From assembly GCA_041390305.1 (NCBI GenBank), contig JAWKQE010000005.1:144380-208379 (forward strand): a stretch of 64,000 nucleotides of DNA, in the 5' to 3' direction. Each line of letters begins with the position of its first letter. The first letter of the stretch is position 1. The notes under the pieces are model-generated. The model worked only from the letters and a program-made list of their open reading frames with translations. It did no database searches and had not been told where the DNA came from. Origin of the DNA: Candidatus Eiseniibacteriota bacterium (GTDB lineage Bacteria; Eisenbacteria; RBG-16-71-46; CAIMUX01). A program made the translations under genes and the position numbers. Positions 1 through 8,680 of this stretch are shown one piece after another.

Positions 1-787
1 CGATGACGGCGAGATCAACGGCTCGTCTCACGAGCGCGTCGCACGGGCCGTCCTGCGCCAGTCCGTCGGCGATCCCGGAAGCGTTGCGTGCGGTACCCCT
101 TGCAGCCAGACCTGATGCTGGGAGGGACGAGGGTTCGGTCGCGGCGTCGTGAGTGACGAGGTGGTCAGCTGCGGGGCGGTCAGCGGCGGAGTCGGCACCG
201 GCGGGGTCGAAGACGATGACATCGGCGGAGCCGGAACTCGAGGAGTCCCTCGGCAGAATCAACGCCGCCCAACGCCGGCTCGCGGCCCACGCGTGCACGA
301 AGTCCCGAACGGAGTGGTTGCGGGCAGGTCCGATCGCGGGGTCGTGATAGGTCACGCCGTCGGAGTTCCAACTCGTCACGACGACGTAGTGGAGCGTCGA
401 GGCGCCGGCATCGATGAGGAGAATGACCGGCCGACCGATTGCGATGTGGTGCTGGATCTGGTCTGGAGTCGCATGCCATGGCCAGGCCTCGTAGCCACGA
501 CTCCGCGCTGCTCGCACCAGGGATTTCGTCGACATTCCCTTCTCACCGGCGTCCAGGGCCGCGTCGAAGCTGGCGGCCGTCACTCCGGGTTCGCCCCAGT
601 AGCGCATCACCATCGCGAGACACGCACCGCCGCAGAGTCTGGGACTCTGCGCAACGTAGGGAACGACAGGACCGCGAGGCGATGGACTCGTCTCGCGGTT
701 CCCGGCCGATGGATTCCCTGCCGCGATGGTCGTGAACGCCAGGGCCAGCACAAGACTGAGCCACTTGCGAGGCGCGAACGGCTCCAC
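1..787 (-). CDS. Peptidase C39-like domain protein, secreted; the gene runs off the window start, so the C-terminus is missing
   Basis: Minus-strand frame from GTG at 787, not listed in the ORF track because it reaches the window edge. N-terminal signal peptide (MEPFAPRKWLSLVLALAFTTIAAG) followed by CGGACLAMVMRYWGEP...HYVVV, matching the Cys/His core of the Peptidase_C39_2 family. Own translation. Confidence 0.55.
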   Translation of the reverse strand, partial: MEPFAPRKWLSLVLALAFTTIAAGNPSAGNRETSPSPRGPVVPYVAQSPRLCGGACLAMVMRYWGEPGVTAASFDAALDAGEKGMSTKSLVRAARSRGYEAWPWHATPDQIQHHIAIGRPVILLIDAGASTLHYVVVTSWNSDGVTYHDPAIGPARNHSVRDFVHAWAASRRWAALILPRDSSSSGSADVIVFDPAGADSAADRPAADHLVTHDAATEPSSLPASGLAARGTARNASGIADGLAQDGPCDALVRRAVDLAVI

Positions 788-790
788 CCG

Positions 791-1163
791 TCAGTCCGTG
801 AGAAGGATGAGAAGGAGAAGGACGATGATGACGGCAGTGGCGGAGATGACGATCGTGTCACCACCCGCGAGTTCGTCATCGAGACCAGCAGACTGGTTCG
901 TCACCTGCTGCAGTTCTTCGCCCGAGAGCGTAGCCGCACGTTCACGGGCGAGCTCCATGTCGATTCCGGCCCGCTGGGCCACCCTTTCCACCTGCGGAGC
1001 TGCGAGGAGACGCAGCCTGTGCGTCGATCGCGCTCTGGACGCTCACGGCGTCGGCGATGTGTGCCTGGTTACCGGCGGCAGCCGGAGAGGGGGTCGCGAT
1101 CGCGGACGCGAACGTGAGGTAGGAGAGCGCAACGGGGACAGCGAGACGTCGAGTGCGAGACAT
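791..1163 (-). CDS. Small secreted/membrane-anchored hypothetical protein; likely a frameshift joining ORFs 942..1163 and 791..991
   Basis: Perfect SD (AGGAGG) 6 nt before the ATG at 1163. Signal peptide MSRTRRLAVPVALSYLTFASAIA. The second frame ends in a hydrophobic anchor (AVIIVLLLLILLTD) just before the next gene. The two frames are coherent only if joined. Confidence 0.3.
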
Positions 1164-1515
1164 GGTTCCTCCTGGATTGCGTGTATGGCTCGATCAGTTC
1201 CGAGTGAGGTAACGCAAGGCCCGTGCCATGCGGAACAGCACGGGAAACACCCAGCCGAAGCCAGGCGGTAAACACCTTGCCCTTAGTCGCTTACGAGTGC
1301 CCCCACCCACACAGGGTGTCTACGCCAGGCATGGATGGGAACGGGGTCGCGCCCGGTGTGGCTTGTAACGAATGCACCGGGTTGTAAGCCGGGATGTGTG
1401 TAGGTCGACGCACACGGCTGCGGCATCCTGCGATGCGCCGGGCAGCCGGCGGTGCTACTCTATTGACGTCAACGCGGCATCCGATCGAACCGCACTCCTC
1501 GAGGGAGGAACGGTC

Positions 1516-4011
1516 ATGAGACGCACCGCCTCCGCTTCCGCCTCCGCCTTCGTTCCCGCCTTCGTCACCGACCTCGGATCCGTCCTCGCTTTCGTCACCC
1601 TGCTGGCCGGGCTCGTGGGAACCGCGCACGCCGACCGTCCCTTCGGTCCGAACGTGGGAGGAATGCTCGTTCTCCACGCAAGCACGTCGACCGAGTACAC
1701 CGCGGACGACGACTACTGCGGTCTCTCCGGACTCACGGATTGCGCAAACGCCGTCGTGCGCTCGGACCAGGCGGAACCCGTCGTGATCCACGCGCTGGCC
1801 GCGTTCTCGCCAGAGCAAGGCTCCCGACTCCAGGCATTGGTGTTTGGGATCGACTACGACGCCAGTGTCGCGCTCGAGAACTGGAAGGTCTGCGGCGACT
1901 TCGAACTCCCGCAGGACCAATGGCCCGAGCCCGGAACGGGGGTCGCGGTCACATGGGCCGATGCGCAGACCGACGAACTCGTCGAAGTCTATTGGTTCGC
2001 GGCCTACTCGGCGTACGAACGACCTGGGCACCTGAACCTCGGACCTCACCCAACGCAGGGCGCATTCTTCGCCGACGATTCCGTCCCGGCCTATCTGGAC
2101 CCGATCGTCGCGTTCGGCTCCTTCGGCTTCTACACCGACGGTTTCGTCGCCTGTCCACTGCAGGAGGGAACCTGCTGTTTCGCCGACGGAAGCTGCCAGG
2201 TGCTCTCGCTCGTGGCATGCGAGGAATCAGACGGAACCTACACGAGCTCCGATCCCAGCTGCGATCCGAACCCTTGCCCAGAGCCGGGCCAGGGTGCGTG
2301 CTGCCTCGTGCTGGGAACGTGCGAGTTCCTCTCGGAAGTGGCTTGCACGATCCGAGACGGGAGTTTCCTCGGGCTCGGCGTCGTCTGTGCGCCGAATCCC
2401 TGTCCCGCTCCTTGTGAGCCGTTCCGCTTGGCCGGGCGGCCGAGCACGACACACCGCGCGCCACGAGTCGATCCGTTCTCCTCCGGCTCGTCCCGACGCC
2501 CACGCGTCGGCCCGAACCGGGGCGGCACGCTCGTCCTCCATCTGGACAGCGAGTTCGTCTACTCCGGAAGCGGCGTCCCCGCTGAGTGTGACTTCGGCAG
2601 CGTCGAGACGTGTCGTGACATCGTCGCTCGTGTCGACCAGGAAGATCCCGTGCTCCTCTACGCCGTCGCACTCTTCCCGGAAGGTTCGGAGCCGCGAGTC
2701 GTAGGCCTGACCTTCGGCATCGACTTCCCGGATTGCGTCCAGCTCCTGGAGTGGGAGACGTGTGGCGACTTCGAGGTCCCGAACAGCGATTGGCCCTCGC
2801 CGGGATCGGGAACCGCCGTCACGTGGTCGACCCCACAAGCGGGCACCGCGATCCCGGTCTACGGGTTCGTGGCGTCCGGCTACGCGGCGGAGCCGGGCGA
2901 GTTCGCGCTCGCGCCGCACCCGACTCACGGAGCTCTCTTCGCGGACGACACGGTCCCCGCGATCCTGGACCCGGTGGCGGAGCTCGGCAGCTTCGGATTC
3001 TTCCGAAGCGGGATCGTTCCCTGTCCGCAGCCACAGGACCCGATCGGCGCGTGCTGTCTCCAGGATGGCACCTGCGAGATTCTTACCGATCCCGCCTGCG
3101 CCGCGGCCGGTGGAGAGTTCGTCGGCGTGAACGTCTCGTGCAATCCGAGCCCGTGCGATCCGCCTGTCGATGGGGCATGTTGCTTCGATGACGGCAGCTG
3201 CCGGGCCCTCGACGAGGAGGAGTGCGCGGCACAAGGCGGGTACTTCCTTGGAGACGCCATCCCCTGCGACCCGAACCCGTGTCCCTCTCCCGAACCGTGC
3301 CCGAACTGGCTCTCGTTCGAGGCCCGAATCGAGCTTCGTCGGCAGGCCATCGAAGCCCGGGAACGCTCGGACGTGCCTCACGCCGCCGAGACGGGCCGCC
3401 GGCAGGGGGCAACCGCCCGCCCGGAGACATCGGGACCGTGTGGAACGCTCTACCTCAACGCGGATGGGACGTACGAGAACGCCTACGCCTGGCAGTACGG
3501 CGGGGTCACGCCGCCCAACTACGGGGCGTTCGCCGAGCGGTACTCCACGACGGACGTGAGACCGTGTGCAATCGTCCTCGACTTGGTCGGAGTCGGCAAC
3601 CAACTCCAGCAGACGATGGATCTCTACGCCTGGGACGCTGCGGACGGCCTTCCGGGCCTGGTCCTCGGAGTCCGAACCGGCGTCGATCCAGGATCCATCG
3701 GGATCTGGCCCGACGTCAGTCGCCACGCCTTCGACTTCGTGAGCGACTGCACGGACGAAACGTTCGTCGGCTATTGGGGGAACTGGCCGGATGCGACTGC
3801 CGGCTGGTACGTCGGAGCGGACCTCGACGGGTTCGGCGGCTGCCCCGTCACCCTCGTCGCGCCCGGAATCGGCTACCCGACTGGATGGCACAACGTCTCG
3901 ATCGTCTGGGGCCCGACCCAGGCGATCGGGATCGGTGGCGAGTTCGTCAAGTGCGGCGCGAGTCCGGTCCGTAGGTCGAGCTGGGGTGAGGTGAAAGCCC
4001 TGTTCCGCTAA
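1516..4011 (+). CDS. Giant secreted Cys-rich-repeat protein, paralog 1 (signal peptide, two ~190-aa 'A' modules, 4 six-Cys ~40-aa repeats, conserved C-terminal domain ending SSWGEVKALFR)
   Basis: Start chosen at the internal ATG 1516 with GGAGG SD (conserved GGTCATGAGACGC start context in all three paralogs). Signal peptide MRRTASASASAFVPAFVTDLGSVLAFVTLLAGLVGTAHA. Repeats GxCC..G.C...C..GG...C.PNPCP. Paralogous to 4296..6650 and 8681..11902. Confidence 0.85.
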   Translation: MRRTASASASAFVPAFVTDLGSVLAFVTLLAGLVGTAHADRPFGPNVGGMLVLHASTSTEYTADDDYCGLSGLTDCANAVVRSDQAEPVVIHALAAFSPEQGSRLQALVFGIDYDASVALENWKVCGDFELPQDQWPEPGTGVAVTWADAQTDELVEVYWFAAYSAYERPGHLNLGPHPTQGAFFADDSVPAYLDPIVAFGSFGFYTDGFVACPLQEGTCCFADGSCQVLSLVACEESDGTYTSSDPSCDPNPCPEPGQGACCLVLGTCEFLSEVACTIRDGSFLGLGVVCAPNPCPAPCEPFRLAGRPSTTHRAPRVDPFSSGSSRRPRVGPNRGGTLVLHLDSEFVYSGSGVPAECDFGSVETCRDIVARVDQEDPVLLYAVALFPEGSEPRVVGLTFGIDFPDCVQLLEWETCGDFEVPNSDWPSPGSGTAVTWSTPQAGTAIPVYGFVASGYAAEPGEFALAPHPTHGALFADDTVPAILDPVAELGSFGFFRSGIVPCPQPQDPIGACCLQDGTCEILTDPACAAAGGEFVGVNVSCNPSPCDPPVDGACCFDDGSCRALDEEECAAQGGYFLGDAIPCDPNPCPSPEPCPNWLSFEARIELRRQAIEARERSDVPHAAETGRRQGATARPETSGPCGTLYLNADGTYENAYAWQYGGVTPPNYGAFAERYSTTDVRPCAIVLDLVGVGNQLQQTMDLYAWDAADGLPGLVLGVRTGVDPGSIGIWPDVSRHAFDFVSDCTDETFVGYWGNWPDATAGWYVGADLDGFGGCPVTLVAPGIGYPTGWHNVSIVWGPTQAIGIGGEFVKCGASPVRRSSWGEVKALFR

Positions 4012-4295
4012 CCGCCGGCTCGATGGCCCTGGGACGCCCGGGATTCTGAGCCCGAATCCACCTCCGGCCGAACCCGGGGCCTGGAACGTCTGCACCGGAC
4101 TGTAAGGCAGCACCAACGGGAGGGTCGCTCGTGGTCCTCCAACCCCAAGCGCAACCGAGTGCGCCCGAGTACATCTTCCTGTGACTTCGGAAACTACATA
4201 CGTCCTTTCACAGTCGCCTCGTCGGTCCGCGGCCGGATTGTGATACCCTCGGCAAGCATCATCCATCCGTAGCCGCCTCTCCGAGGAGGGCCGTC

Positions 4296-6650
4296 ATGAG
4301 ACGCTGCCGATCCGGCTCCGCCTTCGCCTCCGCCTTCGCTTCCGCCTACGTCCCGAAACTCGGCGTTCCCCTTTCGATCGCCCTCGCCGCCGCGGTCGGA
4401 GTCGGCGCCCTGACGACGACCGGACTCGCCGCCGGCGGAGAGGTCAGGCCCGGCGCGGGCACGGGCGAAGGCGCCTGCTGCCTTGCGCTCGGATCGTGTC
4501 AGCTCCTCCCGGAAGCGGACTGCGATGTCGCAGGCGGCAGCTTTCTCGGTTCCGGAATCGAGTGCTCTCCGAATCCGTGTCCGCAGCCTTGCGAGCCGTT
4601 CGACTTGGCCGGGCGTCCCAGCACGACCCATCCGGCACCACCATTCGATCCGTTCCGAAGGGGAGCGTCGGACGGCGAACAGTTCGGACCGAACCGCGGC
4701 GGCACGCTCGTGCTCCATCTCGACCCGGACTTCGTCTATTCAGGCGGTGGCCTTCCCGACTGCGAGAGCGCAGGCCTCCAGTCATGCGGTGACGTCGTCG
4801 CACGGGCGGATGTCGAGGGACCCGTGCTGATCTACGCCCTGGCTCTCTTTCCCGAGGGCGCATCGCCACGCCTGACGGGAGTGACCTTCGGAATCGACTT
4901 CCCGAGCTGTGTGCAACTCCTCGAGTGGTCGACCTGCGCCGATTTCGAGATCGCGGATCCCGATTGGCCGACCCCTGGATCGGGAACCGCCGTCGCCTGG
5001 ACGACTCCACAGACGACCCTCGCGGTGCCTGTCTATCAGTTCGCCGCCTCGGGGTACGCTGCCGAGCCCGGAGAACTCGCGATCACTCCGCACCAGGATC
5101 AAGGCACTTGGTTCGCGGACGACAGCGTCCCCGCGATCCTCGATCCAATCGAAGGGCTCGGGAGCTTTGGATTCTTCCGAAGCGGCGTGGTTCCTTGTCC
5201 TCATGTCGGGGCCTGCTGCTTCCGCGACGGGACCTGCCGCGTAGTCACCGCCTCCGATTGCGATGCGGTCGGCGGAGAGTCGTTCGAGCTCGACATGTCC
5301 TGTTCTCCGAATCCCTGTCCGCAGCCGGCGCTGGGTGCCTGCTGTCTCGGAGAGGGAGCCTGCTCCGTGTTGACGTTCGACCAGTGCACCGCGAGCGGGG
5401 GCAGTTACGAGGGAGACGACACGGTGTGCAGCCCGAACCCCTGCCCACAACTCGGAGCCTGCTGCCTCTACGGCGGAAGCTGCATCATCGCAATGGAAGC
5501 GGACTGCGACGGCACGTTCCAAGGGGATGACACGAGTTGCGACCCCAACCCGTGTCCGATCTGGGGGGCTTGCTGCTTCCCGAGCGGAAGCTGCAGCTTC
5601 ACCACCTACTGGACCTGCGGATACTACGATGGAACGTTCCAGGGGCAAGGAACCGAGTGCAGCCCCAACCCGTGTCCACAACCGACAGGCGCGTGCTGCA
5701 TCGGCGAGACCTGTCAGGTCCTCTTGAGATTGGATTGCACCGCCGCCGGTGGCGAGTGGCTTGGTGCGGACTATCCATGTGACCCGAACCCGTGCCTCGA
5801 CCCCGCAGGCGCCTGCTGCTTCGCCGACGGCTCGTGTCTGTTCATCACGGAGTCGGATTGCGAGGCGCAGTTCGGACGGTACTTGTTGGACGCCTACCCG
5901 TGTGACCCGAACCCATGTCCTGTGGGCGGTGGAGACTGCGGATTCCATCTCTCATACGAAAGCCGAGTGGATCTCCGCCGTCAGGTACTCGATGCGCGCC
6001 GGCGCACCGACGTCCTCCCCGCCGTGGAAACCGGCCGCGGGGTGGGTTCCACGCTGGAATCGGGAACGGCGGGGTCCTGCGGATGGATCAAGTTCAACGC
6101 GGACCGAACGTACGAGAACTCCTACGCATGGCAGTACGGAGGCGTCGTGCCGCCGATGTATGGGGCGTTCGTGGAGATCTACGACTCCTATCGGGAGACG
6201 CCGTGCGCGATCGTCCTCGACCTGACTCAGACGGGAGGCGATGCCGGCCAGACGCTGGACCTCTACGCCTGGAGCATTGTCGCGGGTCTGCCGGGGCAAG
6301 TGCTCGGGATCCGAACTGGAGTCGATCCTGGCCCAATCGCGACCTGGCCGTCCGTCAGCGAGCACGTTCTGGAGTTCTCGAGCGACTGCGCCGATTCGAT
6401 GTTCCTCGGCTTCTGGGGAAACTGGCCGGGTGGACCCAGCGGATGGTTCGTGGGCGCCGACCTCGATGGTTTCGGTGGCTGCCCGATGACCAACATAGCT
6501 CCGGGCATCGGCTATCCGACGGGCTGGCAGAACGTGTCGATCGTCTGGGGCCCGACCCAAGCGATCGGAATCGGCGGGGAGTTCATCGAATGCGGCCCGG
6601 TTCCGGTCCAGGAATCGAGTTGGGGCAAGGTGAAAGCGCTCTTCCGGTAG
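4296..6650 (+). CDS. Giant secreted Cys-rich-repeat protein, paralog 2 (one 'A' module, 7 Cys-rich repeats, C-terminal domain ending SSWGKVKALFR)
   Basis: GAGGAGGG SD before the ATG. N-terminus MRRCRSGSAFASAFASAY... followed by a hydrophobic core. Shares the PCPQPCEPFDLAGRPST linker, the A module and the ~300-aa C-terminal domain with paralogs 1 and 3. Confidence 0.85.
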   Translation: MRRCRSGSAFASAFASAYVPKLGVPLSIALAAAVGVGALTTTGLAAGGEVRPGAGTGEGACCLALGSCQLLPEADCDVAGGSFLGSGIECSPNPCPQPCEPFDLAGRPSTTHPAPPFDPFRRGASDGEQFGPNRGGTLVLHLDPDFVYSGGGLPDCESAGLQSCGDVVARADVEGPVLIYALALFPEGASPRLTGVTFGIDFPSCVQLLEWSTCADFEIADPDWPTPGSGTAVAWTTPQTTLAVPVYQFAASGYAAEPGELAITPHQDQGTWFADDSVPAILDPIEGLGSFGFFRSGVVPCPHVGACCFRDGTCRVVTASDCDAVGGESFELDMSCSPNPCPQPALGACCLGEGACSVLTFDQCTASGGSYEGDDTVCSPNPCPQLGACCLYGGSCIIAMEADCDGTFQGDDTSCDPNPCPIWGACCFPSGSCSFTTYWTCGYYDGTFQGQGTECSPNPCPQPTGACCIGETCQVLLRLDCTAAGGEWLGADYPCDPNPCLDPAGACCFADGSCLFITESDCEAQFGRYLLDAYPCDPNPCPVGGGDCGFHLSYESRVDLRRQVLDARRRTDVLPAVETGRGVGSTLESGTAGSCGWIKFNADRTYENSYAWQYGGVVPPMYGAFVEIYDSYRETPCAIVLDLTQTGGDAGQTLDLYAWSIVAGLPGQVLGIRTGVDPGPIATWPSVSEHVLEFSSDCADSMFLGFWGNWPGGPSGWFVGADLDGFGGCPMTNIAPGIGYPTGWQNVSIVWGPTQAIGIGGEFIECGPVPVQESSWGKVKALFR

Positions 6651-6872
6651 GGCACGGGATCCGGCACCCGCGGGGTGGTGGGCTCCCAGGGCGTGAAACG
6701 GATGGGCGCAGGCAGGGCTGCGCAGAACGGCCAATCCTGCTCCCATCGCAGTCACGACGAATTCGCGGACCTATCGCGCCGAGCGCCGATGAGTTCCGGC
6801 CGCCACACCAGTCCAACGGGTAGTTGGTGGGCTCTCGCCCACGATCCACCGTCAGCTACTCAGGAGGACCCC

Positions 6873-7313
6873 TTGTCCAGCGTCAGCACATACCTCAACT
6901 TCAACGGCAACACCGCAGAGGCGTTCGATTTCTACAAGTCGGTTTTCGGAACGGAGTTCGCCGGCCCCATGATGCGCATGTCGGACCTTCCCCCGATGGA
7001 AGGCATGCCGCCGGTCGCCGAAGCCGACAAGAACATGGTCATGCACGTGGCGCTCCCCATCCTGGGCGGCCACATGCTCATGGGCACCGACACGAGCGAG
7101 AGCTGCGGGGGTCGGATTGCCAACTTCGGCAACAACGTCCACATCAGTCTCCAGCCGGATACCCGCCAGGAGACCGAGCGCCTCTTCTCGGCCCTCGGCG
7201 ATGGAGGCACGGTCACCATGCCGCTCGCGGACATGTTCTGGGGGGACTACTTCGGTTCCCTGACCGACAGGTTCGGCGTCCACTGGATGTTCAACTGCGG
7301 CGAGAAGAAGTGA
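6873..7313 (+). CDS. VOC (glyoxalase/PhnB-like) family protein
   Basis: TTG start with AGGAGG SD. Motif STYLNFNGNTAEAFDFYKSVFG...MFWGDYFGSLTDRFGVHWMF is typical of PhnB-like / 3-demethylubiquinone-9 methyltransferase-like VOC proteins. Confidence 0.7.
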   Translation: MSSVSTYLNFNGNTAEAFDFYKSVFGTEFAGPMMRMSDLPPMEGMPPVAEADKNMVMHVALPILGGHMLMGTDTSESCGGRIANFGNNVHISLQPDTRQETERLFSALGDGGTVTMPLADMFWGDYFGSLTDRFGVHWMFNCGEKK

Positions 7314-7442
7314 TCCCGTAGCGGAGTCTGCGTTGCGGGCGCGGACGGGTCGATCCGTGGGCGGTCCGTTCGCGATCCGCTGGCGCTCCGGGATGCGACT
7401 TCCCGGGCCGAACCGAGCTCGGCCCCCGGCGCGTTCGTGCTC

Positions 7443-7485
7443 GGATCGTAGGAGCCGTGGGCGGCAGGTCCGCCCGCGGCTCTTC
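7443..7485 (+). terminator. Possible rho-independent terminator (GC hairpin + CTCTTCCCTTTC) in the convergent intergenic region
   Basis: GCCGTGGGCGGCAGGTCCGCCCGCGGC hairpin followed by a T-rich tract, between the convergent VOC and PP2C genes. Confidence 0.25.
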
Positions 7486-7489
7486 CCTT

Positions 7490-8557
7490 TCAGGAGAAGG
7501 TGCAGACGAGGACGGTGACGTCGTCCTCGACCATTCCGCGTGCACGTTCCGTGGCGAGATCGGGCAGTGCCTCACAGATCCGGTCCGGATCCGCACTCCT
7601 CGTCTCGTGCGCGCATCGAGCGATGGCGTCACTCGAGAGACCGTCACTCTCCGCGTCCATGGCAACATCCTGGAGTCCGTCGCTGAAGAGCACGAGGCGA
7701 TCGCCCGCACTCCAGGCCACCGTCTGCGGGACGTGTGGCACGCCGTCGAGCATTCCGACCGGGAGGCCTGCGGAGGCCAGTTCCTCATACGAACCGTCCG
7801 CGTGGATCAGGAGTCCGGCAGGGTGTCCCGCATTGACCGCGGTCAGGGTCTCCGTCTCCGTGTCGATCGAGACGAGAAGCAGGGTCGCGAACTCTCCTGG
7901 GCCCGTGTCGGCCACGAGTACGCGGTTCAGTTCGCCGACGATCTGGGCCGGCTCCAGGTGCTGTCGCGCGAGAAGATGGAACTGGGACCGAAGCCCCGCC
8001 ATGAGAAGCGCTGCCGGCACTCCCTTTCCGGCGACATCGATCACGAGGAGGAGAGGGCGACCATTCGCGTCCAGTGTCACGTCCCAGTAGTCGCCGCCGA
8101 TGACCCGTGCCGGGCGGGTGTGCCCGGCACAGGAGAAGCGCGGGCCCTGCGGAACCGATGTCGGAAAGAGTCCGGCCTGGATGCGGGACGCAACGGCCAG
8201 CTCGCCTTCGCGATCCCTGCGTTCGAGGAGCAGGTAGCTCACGACGAAGTCGTACAGCACGAAGAGGAAGACCAGGTTCCCCGCCATGAAGAGGGCGGTC
8301 CGCGTCTCGAGGCCGAGTGCGCCGCCGAAAATTCCGATCGCGATCCCCCAGACTGCCCACGCGAGAAGGAAGGCCCACCGAACACGGGGCCGCAGCCACT
8401 GCGTGGCCCCGAGCCCGGTGAGACTCGCCTTGGCGGCGGCCTTGACGTAAGCGCGGTTGAGACTCAACGTCCGATCTCCCCCTTGGAACCGGCCCGTACC
8501 GTTCGGCCCACGGAAGCTGGGTCCGCCGAGGGTACGCGACCCAGCAGCGGCGTCCAT
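7490..8557 (-). CDS. Membrane-anchored PP2C-type Ser/Thr phosphatase (SpoIIE/RsbU family)
   Basis: Internal ATG chosen at 8557 (MDAAAG...). Upstream part of the track ORF overlaps the paralog-3 leader and looks like a shadow ORF. Three predicted TM segments, then a GGDYWD...DVAGKG...FSDG PP2C catalytic signature. Confidence 0.7.
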   Translation of the reverse strand: MDAAAGSRTLGGPSFRGPNGTGRFQGGDRTLSLNRAYVKAAAKASLTGLGATQWLRPRVRWAFLLAWAVWGIAIGIFGGALGLETRTALFMAGNLVFLFVLYDFVVSYLLLERRDREGELAVASRIQAGLFPTSVPQGPRFSCAGHTRPARVIGGDYWDVTLDANGRPLLLVIDVAGKGVPAALLMAGLRSQFHLLARQHLEPAQIVGELNRVLVADTGPGEFATLLLVSIDTETETLTAVNAGHPAGLLIHADGSYEELASAGLPVGMLDGVPHVPQTVAWSAGDRLVLFSDGLQDVAMDAESDGLSSDAIARCAHETRSADPDRICEALPDLATERARGMVEDDVTVLVCTFS

Positions 8558-8680
8558 CCCCGACTTTCGAAACGGTGATGGCCGCTCGGCCCTCCTTCCG
8601 TGAGCAGCAGCGGTCCGGGTGCTAACATTGAAGACGTTCTCGCGCACCTGCCCCCAAACCGCTACCTGGGAGGATCGGTC

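Noticed and set aside
149-1117. 322-aa plus-strand ORF at the window start.
   Set aside because: RRR-rich, with no motifs. The opposite strand encodes a coherent signal-peptide + Peptidase_C39-like protein, which I prefer.
2227-4266. 679-aa minus-strand ORF antisense to giant paralog 1. Similar long antisense ORFs occur at 9026..11653, 12177..13784, 35542..37752 and 42786..44633.
   Set aside because: Arg/Gly/Pro/Ala-rich low-complexity translations that fully overlap well-supported genes. These are typical GC-skew shadow ORFs in ~70% GC DNA.
4194-4718. 174-aa minus ORF overlapping the start of giant paralog 2.
   Set aside because: Arg-rich and antisense to a strongly supported start region with SD. 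No features.
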